Origin: an uncultured virus (IMG/VR IMGVR_UViG_3300034198_015519)
Lineage: Duplodnaviria; Heunggongvirae; Uroviricota; Caudoviricetes
Strand: one strand, 5' to 3'
Virus record (IMG/VR): IMGVR_UViG_3300034198_015519
Coordinates: 58,266-78,265 of that record
Length of the DNA stretch: 20,000 nt
Part shown: positions 8,821 through 17,960 of the stretch, in pieces
Layout of the letters: each line of letters begins with the position of its first letter
Position numbering within the stretch: position 1 is the stretch's first letter
Translations under genes and position numbers: made by a program
The notes under the pieces: model-generated
Database searches by the model: none
Told to the model about the DNA's origin: nothing
The model's input: only the letters and a program-made list of their open reading frames with translations

Positions 8821-9594
8821 ATGACAAACGATAAAAAAATTATTAGTAGTTTTTATCTTCAAGATGAATTAAACCCCGATGTGTGGTACTTACCAAATGA
8901 AAAATACATGGGAGATACCGAAGCTCAATTTTATAAATTAAAACCGGAAATTAGAAAAAGGTTACTTAAGGTTGCGGAGTTATTCATAGATTATTTGGAT
9001 GTTGATTTTTTTGTTCATGATATTTTACTTGTCGGTTCGTTAGCTGGGTATAATTGGTCTGAATTTTCAGATTTTGATATTCATGTAATAATGGATTTTA
9101 AAGAAGGTGGAGATAAAGAAGAATTGTATAAAGAACTTTTTAGACTTAAGAAAACAATATTTAATTCCGCTCACGACATCAGAATTAAAGGTTATGAAAC
9201 TGAACTGTATGTTGAGGACATTAACGAAAGTAATGCTAGTGCGGGTATGTACTCAATATTGAATAATAATTGGGAACAAATACCTGAGAAGGAAAATTTT
9301 AAAGTTGATGAAAAAATCATTAGAGAAAAGGCAAATCAATGGATGAATATTATTGATGGGGCAATTGAAAACGCTCAGGATGAAAATTTAGAAGATGCGG
9401 TTGCTTTAGTAAAAAAGTATAGAGAAAAATTAAGAAAGTATAGAACCTGCGGACTTAAAAAAGAAGGTGAGTTTTCGTATGAGAATTTAGTGTTCAAATA
9501 CCTAAGAAGAAATGGGTATATTTCTAAATTAGAAGACTTTAAAAATAAATTTGCAGATAAAAAATTATCATTAGAGCAAGAAAAACCGGAATAA
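8821..9594 (+). CDS. DNA polymerase beta-superfamily nucleotidyltransferase
   Basis: hhGS motif plus DxD (LLVGSLAGYNWSEFSDFDIHV), a third acidic strand (ELYVED) and a helical C-terminal domain. Confidence 0.75.
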   Translation: MTNDKKIISSFYLQDELNPDVWYLPNEKYMGDTEAQFYKLKPEIRKRLLKVAELFIDYLDVDFFVHDILLVGSLAGYNWSEFSDFDIHVIMDFKEGGDKEELYKELFRLKKTIFNSAHDIRIKGYETELYVEDINESNASAGMYSILNNNWEQIPEKENFKVDEKIIREKANQWMNIIDGAIENAQDENLEDAVALVKKYREKLRKYRTCGLKKEGEFSYENLVFKYLRRNGYISKLEDFKNKFADKKLSLEQEKPE

Positions 9595-9640
9595 ATTGTA
9601 AATTCTAAAGTTACAATATATTTATATAGAAAAAATTATT

Positions 9641-9841
9641 ATGTCTACAACTGCATGTACATCTTATTACACGACTGTCGTTACGGGTTACGTTCCTGGT
9701 ACAGGAGCAACCACAGGTACCATCGTTACTTTTACAACCCCAAAACCAGTTTGGAGTGATAATGTTTCTAAGGCAACTGACGTAGTTTCGTTACAATGTA
9801 ATTCGGTTGCTTTGGGCGGATTTAATGGACTAAACAATTAA
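9641..9841 (+). CDS. Small Thr/Gly/Val-rich hypothetical protein, possibly structural
   Basis: 66 aa ORF, TATTTATA at 9619-9626, A-rich leader. Confidence 0.65.
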   Translation: MSTTACTSYYTTVVTGYVPGTGATTGTIVTFTTPKPVWSDNVSKATDVVSLQCNSVALGGFNGLNN

Positions 9842-9855
9842 AAAACAAAATACAA

Positions 9856-11133
9856 ATGGCAGATATCAAACCACTAGGTAGTGAAAAATTACAAGGAATC
9901 GATAAGTTAAAGAGAATTATGGAAATTGCTCGTTATAATGAGACATCTAAAAACGAAACTGACGGACCTTCAACTACTAATTATACTATCACATTGGCTG
10001 ATGGTATGACTTATGGTATAGTTAAAGAAAAATCAGGTTATATTCTTAAAAAAGGTATTAACGAATCTGAGTTAGATTATTCTGACCCGATGAAAAATAG
10101 AAAATACTATAGATCATATTCTGAGGCAATGAAAAAACTAAATTTAGTTGCGTCAGAAGTTAATCGAGTAACAGGTAATGTATTCGAAACCCCTCTTATT
10201 GGTGAACAAGAGGTAAAAAAAAAATTCATTTTAAAAACACCTAAACCAAAAACCCCTGTAGAGGAACCAGCACCTGAACCGGAAGCTGCGTTACCTCCGG
10301 CTCCCGAAGCACCAGCACCTGAAGGTGATGCTGCAATGCCTCCTGTAGAAGGTGGTGAAGATATGGGAATGCCATCTGCTGAAGGTGGACCTGAAATGGG
10401 TATGGAAGAACCTGAAATGGGTATGGAAGAACCTGAAATGGGTATGGAAGAACCTGAAATGGGTATGGAAGAACCTGAAATGGATGACGAACAACCACAA
10501 GGACCATCCGGTTTAAAATCAATCCAAAGATTAACAGGTAAATTAAGTCAAAAAATAAGAGCATTTGACAAAGATAAAGGATTGGATTCTCAAGACATTA
10601 AATACGTTATTAATTCTATCCTATCGTCCATTGATTTAGATAATTTGGATGAGGATGACAAAGACGATATTCTATCAAAATTTGAAGATTCCGATGAGTA
10701 TGGTATGGAAGGTGAAGGTGAATTAGATTTGTCAGGTGAAGACGATATGGGTGATTTTGATATGGAAGAACCTGAAATGGGTATGGGAGAACCTGAAATG
10801 GGTGAACCGTCTATGGAAGAACCTGCACCTGTAGAAAATTTTAAAGAATCTGTTGAGGATGTTTTATCTAAATATTTTGTGGTAACTGACGAAGAAAAAA
10901 AATTACACGAAGAAAAAAATAAGAAAAATTTTATTAAAAATAAATTAGTTAGTATCGAGGTAAAAAACGAAATTGAAAGAATGAGTGAATCGGTTAAACA
11001 ACTGAATACAGCAAAAAGATTTTTAAGTGAGAATGTGAATGCTAAATTCATTGGTAAAACTAATAAACAAAATTTAGTTTTTTCGTTAAACGGAAAAAAT
11101 ATAAAAGTTAACACAACAGGTGACATTATATGA
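9856..11133 (+). CDS. Acidic low-complexity protein, candidate prohead core or internal protein
   Basis: Globular N- and C-terminal parts separated by P/E/M/G-rich linkers with PEMGMEE repeats; upstream of the packaging genes. Confidence 0.7.
   Translation: MADIKPLGSEKLQGIDKLKRIMEIARYNETSKNETDGPSTTNYTITLADGMTYGIVKEKSGYILKKGINESELDYSDPMKNRKYYRSYSEAMKKLNLVASEVNRVTGNVFETPLIGEQEVKKKFILKTPKPKTPVEEPAPEPEAALPPAPEAPAPEGDAAMPPVEGGEDMGMPSAEGGPEMGMEEPEMGMEEPEMGMEEPEMGMEEPEMDDEQPQGPSGLKSIQRLTGKLSQKIRAFDKDKGLDSQDIKYVINSILSSIDLDNLDEDDKDDILSKFEDSDEYGMEGEGELDLSGEDDMGDFDMEEPEMGMGEPEMGEPSMEEPAPVENFKESVEDVLSKYFVVTDEEKKLHEEKNKKNFIKNKLVSIEVKNEIERMSESVKQLNTAKRFLSENVNAKFIGKTNKQNLVFSLNGKNIKVNTTGDII
10390..10483 (+). 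repeat. Perfect 21-bp coding tandem repeat (CCTGAAATGGGTATGGAAGAA x 4.5)
   Basis: Four identical units plus 10 nt, encoding PEMGMEE; degenerate copies at about 10761-10825. Confidence 0.95.
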
Positions 11134-11549
11134 TTTTAGTTTATGTAAATGAACTTGGACCAAACTTTAAAGGTGATAACATTTATGAATTCATCTTTTC
11201 TGACTTGGACGATGTATGGGGTGAGGACTGGGGTTCGGAACCTGCATCTGGTAAACCATTACCTCCTGACATTCATTACATAAAAAAAGTAGGGGTTTTA
11301 AAAAATTCTAATATATCATTAGAATTAATACAAGAATCTGACTATTTCGGAGTCGTAGATGCTATTGATGGTGTAATAAGTTTGGCTTGGGAAAAATCAG
11401 ATAGCGATGACTTAGTTATATCAAAACATAAAAGACTTGTCTTCCAATATGGTGAAACTGTTGAGGACATTGAAAATAAATTATACGAGAGAGATATCGT
11501 ATTAAAATGGGAAAAAAATTTAGTAATTGATGAAACACATGAATCCTAA
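11130..11549 (+). CDS. Hypothetical protein
   Basis: 139 aa; ATGA overlap with the upstream stop suggests translational coupling. Confidence 0.75.
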   Translation: MILVYVNELGPNFKGDNIYEFIFSDLDDVWGEDWGSEPASGKPLPPDIHYIKKVGVLKNSNISLELIQESDYFGVVDAIDGVISLAWEKSDSDDLVISKHKRLVFQYGETVEDIENKLYERDIVLKWEKNLVIDETHES

Positions 11550-12075
11550 AATAGCGAAACTTCTTCATGAAGGATTTTCAATTAATACTATTGAGAAATT
11601 AAATGATGTACAATTAAGTGCACTTTATAATAGAATTTCTGAGCAATCTACAGGTACATTAAACATACCAAAAGCAGATACGGCATCAATTGAGAAGGCT
11701 AAATCAGAAAAAAAACCTTTTGTCACATATGAGGAAGAACTTGGAGAGGAAGATGTTAATGAAAAATCCGTCTCAAAACAACAACAAAAAATAATGGGGT
11801 TAGCTCTGTCAGTTAAAAAAGGTGATACTCCAAAATCTAAAGTATCTAAAAAAGTTAAAGACATGGCTAAAGATATGTCAAAAAAAGACCTCGAGGATTT
11901 TGCATCTACAAAACACAAAGGGTTACCGATTTATGCTATGGAACAGGAAAAAACGGATGAGGAACATGAAGTTGATGTAAAAAATATTGAGGAAAGTATT
12001 TTGAATATTATTGAAAAACATTTACCCCCTCATACCACTAAAGGTGAACTTCTTAAAACAATAAGAAGAAAATAA
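11530..12075 (+). CDS. Hypothetical protein with an internal DUF3008-like basic segment
   Basis: KSVSKQQQKIMGLALSVKKG...KDMAKDMSKKDLEDFASTKHKGLP resembles DUF3008 as recalled. Start is probably ATG 11530 or 11539 rather than TTG 11527. Confidence 0.65.
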   Translation: MKHMNPKIAKLLHEGFSINTIEKLNDVQLSALYNRISEQSTGTLNIPKADTASIEKAKSEKKPFVTYEEELGEEDVNEKSVSKQQQKIMGLALSVKKGDTPKSKVSKKVKDMAKDMSKKDLEDFASTKHKGLPIYAMEQEKTDEEHEVDVKNIEESILNIIEKHLPPHTTKGELLKTIRRK

Positions 12076-12081
12076 TAATGA

Positions 12082-13860
12082 ATGTCACTATCAAAAGAAC
12101 AAATATTATTAGAATATGCTAAGTGCGTAAACGACACACCGTATGCGTTAAAAACATATTTACAAACTTACGATAATACACAATCACAATACGTACCGTT
12201 AGAGTTATTTAATGACCAAGTTACATTGGTTAAGGATTACGATACTTGTGAGGAAAATATCGCATTAAAGTATAGACAAGCTGGTGTATCTACCGTAACA
12301 TCCGCTTGGGCATCAAAAAGATTGGTATTCGCCAAAAAATCAAAGCCAGAAAAAATCCTAATTATTGCTAACAAAATGGACACCGCCATGGAAATGGGGA
12401 ATAAGGTCCGTGCCTTTGTTGACCAATGGCCTTCTTGGTTAGGGGTTACCTTCTCGAATGAAAAAAACTCACAAAGACACTTTAAGTTAACTAATGGGTG
12501 TGAAGTTAAAGCAGTAGCAACATCAAAAGATGCTTTACGTGGGTATACCCCAACAATATTAATATTCGATGAGGCGGCTTACATCAATGCCGACGAGGAC
12601 TTTTGGTCTGCATGTATGGCCTCCCTATCTACAGGAGGTAAAGTAATTGTTATCTCAACACCAAATGGATTTGACCCAATTTACTATTCAATATATAGTC
12701 AGGCGGTTAAAGGAATGAATGACTTTAAAATTACTGAAATGTATTGGTTCCGTGACCCTCGTTACTCTAAAGATTTAAAACTTATTAAATGTAACGATAT
12801 CGTTCACTACATGTTAAATCGAGGGGATTATAAAGATGATGAAATTACAATAGATTATTCAGATATCAAAGTAAGTGATAGGGACTTTGAGGACATTAAA
12901 AAGAAAGTAGAACATGAGGGATATAAACCTTATAGTACTTGGTTTGAGGCAATGGCCAAAAAGTTAAAGTTTGATAAAAGAAAAATATCACAAGAGCTTG
13001 AATGTAACTTTTTAGGTTCGGGGGATAGTGTTATTCCCGCTGAAACTATGAAAAAAATTAAAGAGAATCACATAAGGGAACCTGAGAATAAATTTATGGG
13101 TGGCGCCGTTTGGCAATGGAAAGAACCTGTGCAGGGTCACCGTTATATTATGGGTGTTGACGTTTCAAGAGGAGATAGTGAGGATTTCAGTACAATGTCA
13201 ATTATTGATTTTGATGGTAGAGAACAAGTTTTAGAGTATATCGGAAAAGTCCCTCCTGACGTTTTGGCTGAAATCGCATATAAGTGGGCCACGATGTATA
13301 ATGCATTTATAGTTACCGATATTACCGGGGGTATGGGTGTGTCAACATCTAGAAAATTACAAGAATTAGGATATAAAAATTTATACATAGATGGGGTTAA
13401 TCCTGCGGATAAATGGAAATGGGATCCAAAATCCCAAGATAAAATACCGGGAATTAATTTCAATTCTAAACGAGTTTTAATTATTCAAGCCTTTGAGGAA
13501 GCATTAAGATTTGATTTTGCATTAAGGTCCCAAAGGTTATTTAACGAACTAAACACTTTTGTTTATGTCAATGGTAGACCTGACCACCAAAAAGGTCAAC
13601 ACGATGACTTAATAATGGCATTTGCTATGGCTATATTTGTTGGTGAAACGTCATTTGCACAATTAGAAAAAGCAACAGAACAAACAAAAGCCATGTTAGA
13701 ATCATGGTCAGTACAATCAAACGAAAACCAAAATTCATATTCTAATTTTAACCCAAGTTTACCTGTTACTCCAAATTATGGTTATGGTAATCAACCAAAT
13801 ACAGTATCCAAAAGCGATTATCAAAAGTATTTATGGTTATTCAGTGGTAAAAGGGTTTAA
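12082..13860 (+). CDS. terL: Terminase large subunit (T4 gp17-like)
   Basis: Walker A-like KYRQAGVST, Walker B LIFDEAA, coupling motif STPNG, nuclease motifs GVDVSRG and HDDLIMA. Confidence 0.93.
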   Translation: MSLSKEQILLEYAKCVNDTPYALKTYLQTYDNTQSQYVPLELFNDQVTLVKDYDTCEENIALKYRQAGVSTVTSAWASKRLVFAKKSKPEKILIIANKMDTAMEMGNKVRAFVDQWPSWLGVTFSNEKNSQRHFKLTNGCEVKAVATSKDALRGYTPTILIFDEAAYINADEDFWSACMASLSTGGKVIVISTPNGFDPIYYSIYSQAVKGMNDFKITEMYWFRDPRYSKDLKLIKCNDIVHYMLNRGDYKDDEITIDYSDIKVSDRDFEDIKKKVEHEGYKPYSTWFEAMAKKLKFDKRKISQELECNFLGSGDSVIPAETMKKIKENHIREPENKFMGGAVWQWKEPVQGHRYIMGVDVSRGDSEDFSTMSIIDFDGREQVLEYIGKVPPDVLAEIAYKWATMYNAFIVTDITGGMGVSTSRKLQELGYKNLYIDGVNPADKWKWDPKSQDKIPGINFNSKRVLIIQAFEEALRFDFALRSQRLFNELNTFVYVNGRPDHQKGQHDDLIMAFAMAIFVGETSFAQLEKATEQTKAMLESWSVQSNENQNSYSNFNPSLPVTPNYGYGNQPNTVSKSDYQKYLWLFSGKRV

Positions 13861-13897
13861 TTTAATGCTTACCATATTATTTTTAAAATAAAAACAC

Positions 13898-15730
13898 ATG
13901 TCAGAACAAAAACTAACCGTATGGCAAAGATTGAGTAGGACTTTTGGGCCAAATGCCACATTAGACCAACAATCGCCGGTTTTCAAATTTGATAAGAAAG
14001 AACTTCTAAAAACAACAGATAAGTCTGAATTTGAAAAAGAAAAATTACAAGCTCAACAAACAATGTACATTGGTAAACAATGGCAAAAGGTTGAGAGTAA
14101 CCTATACCAACAGGCGGTTTATTATGAACCAACGAGAATGGCTTCATATTATGATTATGAATCTATGGAGTACACTCCTGAAATATCGGCAGCATTAGAC
14201 ATTTATTCTGAAGAATCCACGACACCTGACCAAGACGGTTTAATATTAAAAGTTTATTCTGAATCAAAAAGGATAAAATCTGTTTTAATTGATTTATTTG
14301 TTAATAAGTTAGACATCAATACTAATTTACCTATGTGGACAAGAAACACATGTAAATTTGGTGATAATTTTGTTTACTTAAAGTTAGACCCTGAAAAAGG
14401 TATCGTAGGTTGTCAACAGTTACCTAACATTCAAATAGAACGTTTAGAAAAAGGAATGAGATTCCAACCTGACAAGTATTCACAAGAAATGGAAAACGAT
14501 GCGTTGAAGTTCACATGGAAAGAAAAAAACATGGAATTTAACACATGGGAGATTGCTCACTTTAGAATATTAGGGGACGATAGAAAACTACCTTACGGTA
14601 CATCCATGTTAGAGAAAGCACGTCGTATATGGAAACAACTTTTACTATCTGAAGATGCGATGTTAATATATCGAGTATCAAGAGCACCTGAAAGAAGAGT
14701 ATTTAAAGTATTTGTTGGTAACATGGATGACAAGGATGTTGACCCATACGTACAAAGAGTTGCTAATAAATTTAAAAGAGACCAAATTGCCGATCCATCA
14801 ACAGGTAATGTTGATATGAGATATAATCAAATGGCGGTAGACCAAGATTACTTTATCCCTGTTAGAGACGCGGCAGCAACAAACCCAATAGAAACATTAC
14901 CGGGTGGGACAAACTTGGCCGAAATTGCCGATATTGAATATATCCAAAAGAAATTGGTAACGGCATTAAGAATACCTAAAGCATATTTGGGATTTGAAGA
15001 GGCTGTGGGTGATGGTAAAAATTTGTCTTTATTAGATATTCGTTTTGCTCGAACAATCAATAGAATTCAAAAATCTATGATTGCGGAACTTAATAAAATA
15101 GCAATCGTTCATTTATTCCTTTTAGGTTTTGAAGACGAATTAACAAACTTTACATTAGGTTTACACAATCCTTCCAAACAATCAGAATTACTTTCTATTG
15201 AACTTTGGAAAGAAAAGATTTTACTTTATAAAGATGCTGTTGCTGAGATAGCTAATAGTGTTGCACCTGTATCCGCTTCTTGGGCTAAGAAACACATATT
15301 AGGGTTTTCTGATGAAGAGATTAGATTAGACATTCAACAACAAAGAGTAGAAAGAGCCGTTTCTGCCGAATTAGCTAAAACTGCTGAAGTTATTACTAAA
15401 ACAGGTTTATTTGATAATATTGACCTGTTGTACGGTAAAAAAGAAGGCGAACCGGCAGCTGAAGGTGGAGATGCAGGTGGTGAAGCACCGATGGGTGGAG
15501 AGTCAATGGGTCCACCACCAGGTGGAGAAGCACCAATGGGTGGAGGGGCGGAAACACCACCACCGGCACCTGAAGGGGGTGGAGTAACACCTGAAAACTT
15601 TAATATTAAAGGATTAGACCTTTTAGTTGAGGATAGGTTGTTTAACTCTTCTGATACGTTAGATTTTTCTAAAGGTAGTAACTCTTTGGTTGAAATAGAC
15701 GATAAGTTGAAATCTTTATTAGATAAGTAA
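13898..15730 (+). CDS. Portal protein (T4 gp20-like) with P/G/E-rich C-terminal tail
   Basis: EDAMLIYRVSRAPERRVFKVFVGNM, DYFIPVR, IETLPGG and KKLVTALRIPK are gp20-family motifs; directly follows terL. Confidence 0.92.
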   Translation: MSEQKLTVWQRLSRTFGPNATLDQQSPVFKFDKKELLKTTDKSEFEKEKLQAQQTMYIGKQWQKVESNLYQQAVYYEPTRMASYYDYESMEYTPEISAALDIYSEESTTPDQDGLILKVYSESKRIKSVLIDLFVNKLDINTNLPMWTRNTCKFGDNFVYLKLDPEKGIVGCQQLPNIQIERLEKGMRFQPDKYSQEMENDALKFTWKEKNMEFNTWEIAHFRILGDDRKLPYGTSMLEKARRIWKQLLLSEDAMLIYRVSRAPERRVFKVFVGNMDDKDVDPYVQRVANKFKRDQIADPSTGNVDMRYNQMAVDQDYFIPVRDAAATNPIETLPGGTNLAEIADIEYIQKKLVTALRIPKAYLGFEEAVGDGKNLSLLDIRFARTINRIQKSMIAELNKIAIVHLFLLGFEDELTNFTLGLHNPSKQSELLSIELWKEKILLYKDAVAEIANSVAPVSASWAKKHILGFSDEEIRLDIQQQRVERAVSAELAKTAEVITKTGLFDNIDLLYGKKEGEPAAEGGDAGGEAPMGGESMGPPPGGEAPMGGGAETPPPAPEGGGVTPENFNIKGLDLLVEDRLFNSSDTLDFSKGSNSLVEIDDKLKSLLDK

Positions 15731-15750
15731 TATTTATAATATAAAACACT

Positions 15751-16479
15751 ATGAATACTTTTGGTACAATTAAAACAAAAATAGAATATGCTACGGTAAA
15801 CCTTTATGGAAAACCAGAATTTAAATCATTTATGAAACAATTTAAATCTATGGTTTTAGAAAACAAGGACGTTGCGGAACTTTATTATATATACGATGAT
15901 TTATCATCTAAAAAAGGTTTAGATAAATCAATCGCCGATGACTATTTAAATGAATCTGTAGAATACAGCCAAGTGTTAATCGAGAGTAATCAAAACTCTT
16001 TAGGTCGAGTAAGTAATTGGATTGATTCTGTAGTTATGGAACATAAGAACGACTATTCTGATATTGATACAACTATTTATAATCGTTCTATTAGAAATTT
16101 AGAAGTTGTATTAGAATCTAAAAAAAATATTAAAAATACCTTAATCAGTGAAGAAGTTAAAACAGAAGTTGCTAATTTTAATTTACCGTTATCATCAGTG
16201 GTTCGAGCTGCTAATGATTCTATAACTAAAAATATCGAATCCTTAGATGAGTCTGACAGAAAAGAATTAACGTCATTACTATCAATTAATATTGAAGATG
16301 TTAAAACTGAAATTGAGTCTTTGAAGGAAAGTATCTTAAACAACTTAAAAACAAATCTTAACGAATCTACAGATAAAGAATTATCTTTGGCTATTGAAAA
16401 TACGATTAATAAAGTTAATAATGCAAAAATTGACCATTATAACTTATATAAGTTGAGAAAATTAAATGGTGGATTATAA
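15751..16479 (+). CDS. Helical hypothetical protein of the head module
   Basis: 242 aa; TATTTATA at 15731-15738; lies between portal and protease. Confidence 0.75.
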   Translation: MNTFGTIKTKIEYATVNLYGKPEFKSFMKQFKSMVLENKDVAELYYIYDDLSSKKGLDKSIADDYLNESVEYSQVLIESNQNSLGRVSNWIDSVVMEHKNDYSDIDTTIYNRSIRNLEVVLESKKNIKNTLISEEVKTEVANFNLPLSSVVRAANDSITKNIESLDESDRKELTSLLSINIEDVKTEIESLKESILNNLKTNLNESTDKELSLAIENTINKVNNAKIDHYNLYKLRKLNGGL

Positions 16480-16662
16480 TTCTGATTTCTTTTTTTGTAG
16501 GTAAACCGCCTTTTTATGTTGTTCCCTTTTTTTAACTGAATTTTTTGTAAATTCTTGTCGGTCCCTTAATTTCTCAAGTTGTTTTGTTTTATAAATTTTA
16601 AATTTATATTGTTTGAGTGCTTGCTCAATCGAACTTGGATTTTTAACTGGGACTATAATCAT
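16474..16662 (-). CDS. rpsU: Ribosomal protein bS21, Bacteroidota-type
   Basis: 62 aa, very basic. MIIVPVK...IEQALKQYK.K..KT...LR.RQEFTK.SVKKR....KAVY aligns without gaps to Bacteroidota bS21 as recalled. Confidence 0.88.
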   Translation of the reverse strand: MIIVPVKNPSSIEQALKQYKFKIYKTKQLEKLRDRQEFTKNSVKKREQHKKAVYLQKKKSEL

Positions 16663-16681
16663 AATTTTTTCTTTTTTTACA

Positions 16682-16689
16682 TATAAATA
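16682..16689 (-). promoter_or_regulatory. Putative late promoter motif TATTTATA upstream of bS21
   Basis: Plus-strand TATAAATA equals minus-strand TATTTATA, 19 nt before the bS21 ATG. The same motif and relative orientation occur before + strand genes at 1928, 2277, 3896, 8810, 9619 and 15731. Confidence 0.6.
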
Positions 16690-16707
16690 TAAGGAATTTT
16701 TTAAATT

Positions 16708-16736
16708 TTGACAACAAGTTTATTTTTAACTATACT
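16708..16736 (+). promoter_or_regulatory. Promoter-like element TTGACA-N17-TATACT
   Basis: TTGACA 16708-16713, 17-nt spacer, TATACT 16731-16736 followed by TTGG. It could also be read as a degenerate Bacteroidota -33/-7 promoter. Confidence 0.5.
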
Positions 16737-16769
16737 TTGGTAAACGAATAAACTTTTAAGGAATGAAAA

Positions 16770-17219
16770 ATGAAAAAAGGAAAAACATCAAAATTAAACA
16801 TTTTTGATGATGCAAAATGTCACTACGGTACAGTCGACTCTAAAAATTTAAAATCAATATACATAGTATTACAAACATGGGTCGAACCTTTAGATGACTT
16901 TGATAATTGGAATAAAATTACAGGACATATAAAAAGACAAATACAACACACTCTTTTAGAGGTGTCCGACCATACCTCTTTTGAGAAAAAACAAATAGTC
17001 GATTTAGATTTACGAACAAGTGGGATTCAAAAGAACAAAAAAAGTTTTATGAATTTAGAAATAACCTTATTTGTTCATAATCAAAATCTCAATTTTAAAT
17101 CACTAATTTTAAGAGAAAAAATTAAAAACATTTTAAAATCCATATATCTTGACGACTTAAAAAATTCTAAGTTTTTCACGCTAAGTAAAACAAAAGTTAA
17201 AGAAACGATAAGTTGCTAA
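16770..17219 (+). CDS. Basic hypothetical protein, divergent from bS21
   Basis: 149 aa ORF; TAAGGA ends 7 nt upstream of the ATG. Confidence 0.75.
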   Translation: MKKGKTSKLNIFDDAKCHYGTVDSKNLKSIYIVLQTWVEPLDDFDNWNKITGHIKRQIQHTLLEVSDHTSFEKKQIVDLDLRTSGIQKNKKSFMNLEITLFVHNQNLNFKSLILREKIKNILKSIYLDDLKNSKFFTLSKTKVKETISC

Positions 17220-17240
17220 TATTTATTCTAAAAAACAATT

Positions 17241-17948
17241 ATGAGAATATTAGGACCAAGTGATAGTGGTAAGGGCATTTTAGTAGAATGGGATGCTGGG
17301 TATATTAACCCAAACGATATGAGAAACACCGACGTGATAAAAGAATCATATGGTCAATTAGAACACTCTAAACCGTTTGTGTTTTATGCTACTTTACAAA
17401 AATATGGGGTACCAAATAGAAACGGACGAGTATATCCTGAAAAAATATTAAAAAGAGAAGCCGACAAATACAAAGAAGTTATTAATCGTGGTATGGCTAT
17501 TTCAGAATTAAATCACCCTGAATCATCTCTGATAGATTTAGATAGGGTTTCACATTTAATTACTGATATATGGTGGGAAGGTAACGTTTTAATGGGTAAG
17601 ATTAAATTGTTAACTACACCAGGTTTCCATGAGAGAGGTGTGGTTTCATCTAAAGGTGATGTTGCTGCTAATCTAATGAGACAAGGTGTTACTATGGGTG
17701 TATCATCTAGAGGTGTTGGTTCCTTAGTTAAAAGAGGAGAACAAAATGAAGTACAAGAAGATTTTGAATTAATTTGTTTTGATTTGGTTTCTTCCCCATC
17801 CACCCCTGGTGCGTATCTTTATTTAAATAAAGAGGACAGACCTAAGTACGAAGAAAAATTGGCAGAACATGACACAAACACTTTTAATGGTGGTGGATTG
17901 GAAAAATCAGTTGACTTAATGAAAAGATTATCCGATTATTTAAAATAA
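17241..17948 (+). CDS. Prohead maturation protease (T4 gp21-like)
   Basis: NRNGRVYP, ELNHP (catalytic His), GVSSRGVGS (catalytic Ser), DLVSSPS. Confidence 0.92.
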   Translation: MRILGPSDSGKGILVEWDAGYINPNDMRNTDVIKESYGQLEHSKPFVFYATLQKYGVPNRNGRVYPEKILKREADKYKEVINRGMAISELNHPESSLIDLDRVSHLITDIWWEGNVLMGKIKLLTTPGFHERGVVSSKGDVAANLMRQGVTMGVSSRGVGSLVKRGEQNEVQEDFELICFDLVSSPSTPGAYLYLNKEDRPKYEEKLAEHDTNTFNGGGLEKSVDLMKRLSDYLK

Positions 17949-17960
17949 AAACTTTAAATT

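Noticed and set aside
10215..10224. A10 run as a programmed frameshift or phase-variation site
   Set aside because: The ORF is intact, both alternative frames stop within a few codons, and A-runs are common at this base composition.
10390..10483. CRISPR array
   Set aside because: The repeats are contiguous, have no spacers and are in frame within a CDS.
12082..15730. Introns or inteins in terminase or portal
   Set aside because: Both ORFs are continuous, of plausible length, and show no splice-junction or homing endonuclease motifs.
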